From positions 836-64,835 of the IMG/VR virus record IMGVR_UViG_3300023178_000046: a DNA stretch of 64,000 nt; one strand, written 5' to 3'. Below, piece by piece: positions 58,309-64,000 of this stretch (positions within the stretch are counted from its first letter, which is position 1; the number at the start of each line of letters is the position of its first letter). Both the position numbers and the translations under genes were made by a program. This stretch comes from a virus (taxonomy: Duplodnaviria > Caudoviricetes). A model generated the notes under the pieces. That model saw only the letters and a program-made list of their open reading frames with translations, made no database searches and was not told the DNA's origin.

Positions 58309-59226
58309 CTAATTTTTGAGACTCGCTTCTTTTAGTAAGCCATAGTATTGATAGGAGCATTTTTTTTCATCTAGCTTCAAATCTGAAGCAAACGGATCGT
58401 TATGTATGTAAGCTCCTTTGTAGAACATTCCTGTGTGTGAGGAGGTAACACCAGCGTTGTGATATATAGAACAATGATCCCATCTTTTTATAGGATCTGT
58501 TGCCCAACAAAAGTCCATATCTGGATGTATTCTTGTCTCTATACCCCTCATCCAAGCCATCCATAATGTAGCCCACATTTCGGCAGTCCAAACCTGTAAC
58601 ATGTGATAGTTAGGGTCTGCTTTCTTTTTAGCCTTCTCATATACATTTGTCATCTTGTAAAGCTTAACGCCCATACTGTAACAGTCGTACCAGAATTTTG
58701 CGTCTACATTTTTGACAATATATTGCGCTCCTCCAGAATTATCTTCATTTTTCTTGACAGTATCTTCATCAATGCCTGTTGTAATGAGCATAGTTTCTAA
58801 GGTATCCCTACCCTTAGACATAATATAATTATATCCTAAGTAGCTTTTAGTGTCGCTTAGATACCAGATATCGTCATTACATAAATGATCTAGACTAGGA
58901 TTTTTAGTAAAAGCGATATCAGAATCATGAAAAAAAACGGAATCATTTCTCGTTTCAGGAAATTGCTCATAGTATCTAAATAACAAATAATGTTTTATGC
59001 TTGGTATGTAAGACTTATCAGGCCTACCATCTTTATACCTGTGTATAGATATACCAGGGTACTTGCCTTCTAAATGTGAAAACCATTGTTTAGGTTGGTT
59101 GGGTAAAACAGATGCCAATATATGAACATCTCTCATTTCTATGCCTGCTTTTTGAAAAGAATAAAGCATGACATCTAGTTGCCAAGAGAAATAATGATTC
59201 TCTGGTTGAGCACATATATATTTCAT
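58309..59226 (-). CDS. Glycosyltransferase resembling plant HPAT/SGT1 (GT95/GT96)
   Basis: YFSWQLDVMLYSF..AG, Y.PSIK, FHDSDIAF (DxD), WTAEMWA, IYHNAG parallel the YFDWQ...SF, DxD and WxxEMY motifs of HPAT/SGT1 as I recall them. Confidence 0.65.
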   Translation of the reverse strand: MKYICAQPENHYFSWQLDVMLYSFQKAGIEMRDVHILASVLPNQPKQWFSHLEGKYPGISIHRYKDGRPDKSYIPSIKHYLLFRYYEQFPETRNDSVFFHDSDIAFTKNPSLDHLCNDDIWYLSDTKSYLGYNYIMSKGRDTLETMLITTGIDEDTVKKNEDNSGGAQYIVKNVDAKFWYDCYSMGVKLYKMTNVYEKAKKKADPNYHMLQVWTAEMWATLWMAWMRGIETRIHPDMDFCWATDPIKRWDHCSIYHNAGVTSSHTGMFYKGAYIHNDPFASDLKLDEKKCSYQYYGLLKEASLKN

Positions 59227-59236
59227 TTTAATTCAA

Positions 59237-62200
59237 TTAACTACAAGGCGTACACATTGAAGAGAAGCTCGATCCACTCCAGTAACTATACTCATTATTC
59301 TTGGTATAGTATCCTGTTGATGCATAACCACTTGTATCTCCTGTGTAACAAGCACTAGCGACTTGATATACTTTAGACGAACTACACCAGTTAGAATTAT
59401 CAGTATAAACAACTACGTAACTTCCTTCACAAACGCTAGTTGAACTATAGTACACCCCATGAGCATAACAAGGTGCGTTAGTAGGCGTTGGAGCTGTTGG
59501 CGCTGGAGTAGTTGGTGCTGGCGTTGGTGACGGTGCTGGCGTTTCTGTTGGCGCTGGTGTTGTCGGTGCAGGAGTTGTAGGTGCAGGTGTAGCACATGTT
59601 GTATCAACTCCGACAGTACAAGTTATAGTTGTTCCTGAGTTAGTCCAATATGGGTCGCTTACATAGAAAGATGCACTAACACTTGCAGTTCCGCTATTTG
59701 GCGTAGCACTAGTTGGACTATAAGAAACTAATGTTTGATCGCTAAATCTAGCTGATACATCAATTGCTCCTGAATTACAATCAAAGCTAGTTACAAACCA
59801 ATATGAACCATGAGTACCACAACTGTATGTACTACAATTAGTTGTACATACTGGTGGTGGGTTTGTTGGTGTAGGAGCAACAGGAACTGGTGCATTAGTA
59901 GGTGTTGGAGCTACAGGTGGTGGTGATGTAGGCGCAGGGGTCGGATTAGGAGATGCTGCTGTTGGCGCTGGAGTTGTTGGAGCAGGGGTTGGAGCTGGTG
60001 TAGGCGCTACAGTAGGAGCAGGAGTTGGAATTGGAACGACCGCTTGTTCACAATAATACTTGTTTACAACCCAAGAAACATTACCTTTCTCACAATAGTA
60101 ATCATCTTCTCTCCACTCAATAACAGGGTCTTTTACATTTATTACATATAAATCATTATAAGGATCATATCCTCCAATAACCTGAGAGTTAGCTGTGTCT
60201 CCAACATTTTCTCTGAACCAGTCCTTCATTCCATATTCAGAAATCTCTTCTAAACCATTACTATCCAGTCTAACAACAGTTCCTCTCTTACTGTCTGTGA
60301 AAAATATGTCATTATACCATTTAGCAAAAGAAGATGGCGATTTTGATATTCCATATTCTCCTATATAAGGAACTTGTGTTCCTAATACATCTTCGGTTGA
60401 ACCAACATTTCCAGTTCCGTCTGCATTATATAAAACAGACTTTTCGAACATAATTTTACTAACCTTGTTCTCTTGGAAAACAATCAGGTCTGTATCTCTT
60501 GAAGATATTTTTTCAATAGACCCATATTTATCATCTATATCCCTAAAGTTAGATAAAGACAAATTAAATTCGTTAAGTCCATTGTAATTTGTAGATTGCT
60601 CATATCGACCACCATATGTTAATGAGGCTATTCTCTTATTTTGACGATAGCCTTCGTAGCTAATCAAAGGTCTTGCATTGTGCAACAATTCTTTTGCGTT
60701 AAAAGCATCTTTGTACTTATAACTTTCTATGGGTCCACCCCAAGTAAATGCGTTGAAGAAATCTAAAGTAACTAAAGCTGCTCTTCCTTCTGCTTGATCT
60801 CTATCTCCATTTGAGCCCTTATGATATCCTTGCTCCGTTATATCATATGTTTCTCCTATTTCATGAAAAGTATCATCATTTAATACTTTAGGCTTTGTTT
60901 CAAAAACAAGTAGAGAATCTCCTCTATCCTTCAGAACCATATTCCAGCTAGCCTCACAAAATACATTTGCCGACAAACCGTCAAGTATGCCTCCAAGCCA
61001 AGTGTGATCTCCTGATCCAATAAGATCTGCTAATCCTGCGTCTTGTGAATTTTGAGAATCTATGATCATGCACAAGGGGTCAGATGCGTTGTTTGTCACC
61101 TGAAAAGTTCTCCCTAATTCAGTTCCTGTATCTGTGACAACACCTCTTCTCCATTTAATCTTAGATTCAGGAATCTTTATGGTCATTTCTTCCTTCATCT
61201 GCTCATGCCAAAACTCCTCTATGTTTGGATAATATTTGCTTGAAAGAATGCTGGACGAAAATATATTAAAATAATCCGATCTTCTTTCATTGAAAGTCAA
61301 TCTCAACGTACTTCCTGGACCAACCTCTCTGTTATCTTCTGGGCCCACTAATACAACTTGAGCAAACTTTTCTTCATCGTATGAGGTTATTGGGTTTCTA
61401 GCATTTACAGTCCATCTTTCACCTAAAGAATGACCTGTAGATGCGTTAAATGAAATTCCAAGTCCATCTTGAAGCGAGTAACTTTGATTCATCAAAAGAT
61501 TCTCTGTCCATGGTCCTGTTCCATTTTCATCGGTTACCCTCCATTTAAAAGTATCAGTCGTTCCAATTGAATCAACCTCAATTTCGAATCTTTGATCCGT
61601 AGATCCACTAGGTGTTCCTGTAATAGACATGTCGTTCAAAGATGAGCCTGCAACCTGATAATAAAAAGGCCCTTCAAAATATCTTACTGTCTGTTCGTTT
61701 GTGATCCTATTGCTAAGCTGACCTGTTTTTCTTCTTGAGTTGTCCTCGTCTCTACTTGTTTTCTTAAAATAACCTGCATCACTAATGCTATATCCTGAAG
61801 GCTTTAACTTCATATAGGTTCCCTCTTCCTGCAAAATTTCACCTATACCAGCAGATCCTGAAGTATCAAGAAAGTTTCTATCTTTTTGTCCAAACTCTAG
61901 AACTTTTGTTTCTACATAATTATCTTTTTTCCCTGATGTATCAGATTTTACAACAAGAAAATCACCTTCTTTAAACTTATCCAAATCAGCCTTCTCTACC
62001 TTAACCCAAGCAAAATCAGAGTCAGTAAAAAATATTACAGGAGTTACTGTTTCATACTGGCTTTCATTTTCTTTTAAGAATAATCTATAATGCTTTGCCC
62101 ATTTAGGTGCAATATTTTTTATTGTTAATTGAAGTTTATTTTTTCTATCAGAATATCCAACTGGTATTTTTACAGCATTATTTTCGCAAGTCATTACCGT

Positions 62201-63382
62201 AGACATTCTTCCATATTCATCGAGGTAAACAATGCCTGCCTCATAACTTCGGTTACTCTTTATTGTTCTAGTTGGGTTAGAGAAAGGAACAAACGTAGAG
62301 AGGTGGTTCAAAGTGAAATCGAAGTTTATCTCTTCATTATTCACGTCAACCATATCGTAGTTTTCCGTGTAGTTTGCGTAAATGAGCCTATTTCCAATAA
62401 TATCTTGTGTTTCGGCTTTTAATGGGACATTGTCAAATAGCCTAGTGCTTTCGTCAGAAGGAAGCACAGTATATATCTTGCTGTTTTTAAATGAAAAAGT
62501 ATAGTCTGAGTTATCTGACAACTTTAACTTGCTTTTTTTAAAATTTTCTATCAAAAATATTCTTGACGAATCAGACTCTCTAAAACACAAATCAATCGAA
62601 ACAACATTAGAGCCTCCTGTCTCAAAAGTTACATTTGCTTGATTGTATTGGTTTTTCATTGACTCATTAGTAGCCTCATCATAGTTGTAGAAAAACTCTC
62701 TTGCATCAAATGCATATTCACTGAAAGGCCCAAGGCTACTAACCTCGCCATCAAGATATTTGTATCTGTAAGCAAACTGTATAAATTTATCAGTCAAGAA
62801 ATTCTCTTCACTGTTTCCAGTATTCACCAATTCAATCTCAGGCTGCCTTATGGGAGGTTTTACGATAACATTTATGTCGTCTTGTGTAAATCCGTTTTCA
62901 GAGTAAGTTTTTGCTCTTTGTATATTTATTTTTCTAGGTGGATTAAAGCCATCTGTCCAAAACAAAAAGTCCCTATCATTATCAGTGTCGTTAAGTATGT
63001 TTGCACTGTGTATTTTATTAAACCTTTGAAAATTTAGTACATTTTCACCTTCAGGTCTAGTGTCTGATAAAACAAAAGAGCTTGTTCCAGAAACATTATC
63101 GTATTCGCAAATATAAGAAGCAGAGGAAGTAACAACAAACCAATAAATTCTATTGTTTGCGTCATCTGCTATAGAACCTATAGTTTCTGGATTACTTCCT
63201 GAATAAGACAACAGTTGTCCAGCTAATCTGTTTGATTTAGCATTTTTTAAAACGCCTGTATCAGCATCTACAACGCTAGAAACCAAAACATTTTCAGCAT
63301 GAATATACTCGTCATTTTTTAACAAGCGTTCATCCGCATCTTTATTCATGCGACCAGAAAGGAATACGTTTTGTAGCTTCAT
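59237..63382 (-). CDS. Tail stabilisation protein (P22 gp10-like), N-terminal part with Pro/Thr-rich C-terminal extension
   Basis: MNKDADERLL..EY..AEN, LFWTDGFNPPRKIN, FAYRYKY.DGE.S, GNRLIYANY, GIVYLDEYGR, NGLNEF, GEYGIS..P.SFA, ISEYGMKDWFR, GGYDPY; then PTPAP tracts. Confidence 0.8.
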   Translation of the reverse strand: MKLQNVFLSGRMNKDADERLLKNDEYIHAENVLVSSVVDADTGVLKNAKSNRLAGQLLSYSGSNPETIGSIADDANNRIYWFVVTSSASYICEYDNVSGTSSFVLSDTRPEGENVLNFQRFNKIHSANILNDTDNDRDFLFWTDGFNPPRKINIQRAKTYSENGFTQDDINVIVKPPIRQPEIELVNTGNSEENFLTDKFIQFAYRYKYLDGEVSSLGPFSEYAFDAREFFYNYDEATNESMKNQYNQANVTFETGGSNVVSIDLCFRESDSSRIFLIENFKKSKLKLSDNSDYTFSFKNSKIYTVLPSDESTRLFDNVPLKAETQDIIGNRLIYANYTENYDMVDVNNEEINFDFTLNHLSTFVPFSNPTRTIKSNRSYEAGIVYLDEYGRMSTVMTCENNAVKIPVGYSDRKNKLQLTIKNIAPKWAKHYRLFLKENESQYETVTPVIFFTDSDFAWVKVEKADLDKFKEGDFLVVKSDTSGKKDNYVETKVLEFGQKDRNFLDTSGSAGIGEILQEEGTYMKLKPSGYSISDAGYFKKTSRDEDNSRRKTGQLSNRITNEQTVRYFEGPFYYQVAGSSLNDMSITGTPSGSTDQRFEIEVDSIGTTDTFKWRVTDENGTGPWTENLLMNQSYSLQDGLGISFNASTGHSLGERWTVNARNPITSYDEEKFAQVVLVGPEDNREVGPGSTLRLTFNERRSDYFNIFSSSILSSKYYPNIEEFWHEQMKEEMTIKIPESKIKWRRGVVTDTGTELGRTFQVTNNASDPLCMIIDSQNSQDAGLADLIGSGDHTWLGGILDGLSANVFCEASWNMVLKDRGDSLLVFETKPKVLNDDTFHEIGETYDITEQGYHKGSNGDRDQAEGRAALVTLDFFNAFTWGGPIESYKYKDAFNAKELLHNARPLISYEGYRQNKRIASLTYGGRYEQSTNYNGLNEFNLSLSNFRDIDDKYGSIEKISSRDTDLIVFQENKVSKIMFEKSVLYNADGTGNVGSTEDVLGTQVPYIGEYGISKSPSSFAKWYNDIFFTDSKRGTVVRLDSNGLEEISEYGMKDWFRENVGDTANSQVIGGYDPYNDLYVINVKDPVIEWREDDYYCEKGNVSWVVNKYYCEQAVVPIPTPAPTVAPTPAPTPAPTTPAPTAASPNPTPAPTSPPPVAPTPTNAPVPVAPTPTNPPPVCTTNCSTYSCGTHGSYWFVTSFDCNSGAIDVSARFSDQTLVSYSPTSATPNSGTASVSASFYVSDPYWTNSGTTITCTVGVDTTCATPAPTTPAPTTPAPTETPAPSPTPAPTTPAPTAPTPTNAPCYAHGVYYSSTSVCEGSYVVVYTDNSNWCSSSKVYQVASACYTGDTSGYASTGYYTKNNEYSYWSGSSFSSMCTPCS

Positions 63383-64000
63383 TACTTAATCCACTTGTTT
63401 CTACCTTTCAGGCTTTGTACAAGGTCATCTAAATTAATATTCATCAATCTAATTTTTGCATTTCTGAGTTTTGCGCTAGCTTCTTTTTTTGCTCTTCTAA
63501 CAATATACTCTTGAACGCCATATTTTCTATCTAAAACTTGTGCCTGAATATAGCTATAAATAAAATCTTCAGCAAGTTTATGTACTCTCAATGTTGCATC
63601 GTCATTTGTAAACATACCATCAGATATATATTGTATGATGACTAAGTCGCCATCTTGTAAATGTGAGCTAAATCTGATGTATCCTGATTTTTTTTCTACA
63701 ATGTATGTTCCGTTCTTGTTTGCGCTAGATGTATCCATTCCAAATCTACCGCCTGTGTGTTCAGCTTCTAAGGTGTCATAATCAATAGAGTCCTGCTTAC
63801 TAATGTAAGACCTTTGCTCTGCCAGGGAGTCTGCTTCTTGCAAATCTCCATCTTGATTAAAAATAAAGTTTCCGTTTTCATCTTGCAGATAACCCTTAGC
63901 TTGAGACATGTTTTTATTTTGAGTTAGCGGATGCAATCTACCACTATCATCAACCCAAGACACCTTTGTTAATTGCACAAAATCTTCTGGCATAACAACT
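63382..64000 (-). CDS. Tail adaptor/tubular structural protein (5' end outside window)
   Basis: Frame is open to the window edge; PEDFVQLTKVSWVD, YISDG, VHKLAE, QEYIVRR, LRNAKIRL...KWIK. Confidence 0.65.
   Translation of the reverse strand, partial: VVMPEDFVQLTKVSWVDDSGRLHPLTQNKNMSQAKGYLQDENGNFIFNQDGDLQEADSLAEQRSYISKQDSIDYDTLEAEHTGGRFGMDTSSANKNGTYIVEKKSGYIRFSSHLQDGDLVIIQYISDGMFTNDDATLRVHKLAEDFIYSYIQAQVLDRKYGVQEYIVRRAKKEASAKLRNAKIRLMNINLDDLVQSLKGRNKWIK

Noticed and set aside
52756-59226. Cassette as a DNA hypermodification or host LPS-conversion locus
   Set aside because: The enzyme motifs resemble protein-acting families (P4H, GT60, POFUT, HPAT), show no obvious membrane anchors, and sit among virion genes with Pro/Thr proteins rather than replication genes; disfavoured, not formally excluded.

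Overview
The window is most of the genome of a tailed dsDNA phage, probably a podovirus-like marine Bacteroidota phage. Host assignment rests on repeated TAnnTTTG -7 promoter boxes. Left arm (- strand, 1-26.4 kb): portal (partial), terminase, GroES-like gene, tail/fibre genes, holin and M15 endolysin, small basic ORFs, GroES/GroEL. After a divergent non-coding gap (~26.4-27.3 kb) a + strand early/replication block (27.3-41.2 kb) encodes an M28-like peptidase, ERF, exonuclease, SSB, DnaA-like HTH, Twinkle-type primase-helicase, MazG-like protein and phosphoesterase; I recognised no DNA polymerase. Right arm (- strand, 41.2-64 kb): ejection proteins, tail stabilisation protein and a partial tail adaptor. 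The major capsid gene is not in the window. The most striking feature is a eukaryote-like protein O-glycosylation cassette (51.6-59.2 kb) between two apparent halves of the tail stabilisation gene. It encodes a prolyl 4-hydroxylase, an O-fucosyltransferase/GT60 hydroxyproline-GlcNAc-transferase fusion, an HPAT/SGT1-like (GT95/96) transferase and a GDP-mannose 3,5-epimerase, interleaved with genes for proteins carrying extensin/mucin-like PTPAP linkers, the likely substrates. All family assignments come from motif recognition by eye; no database search was run.
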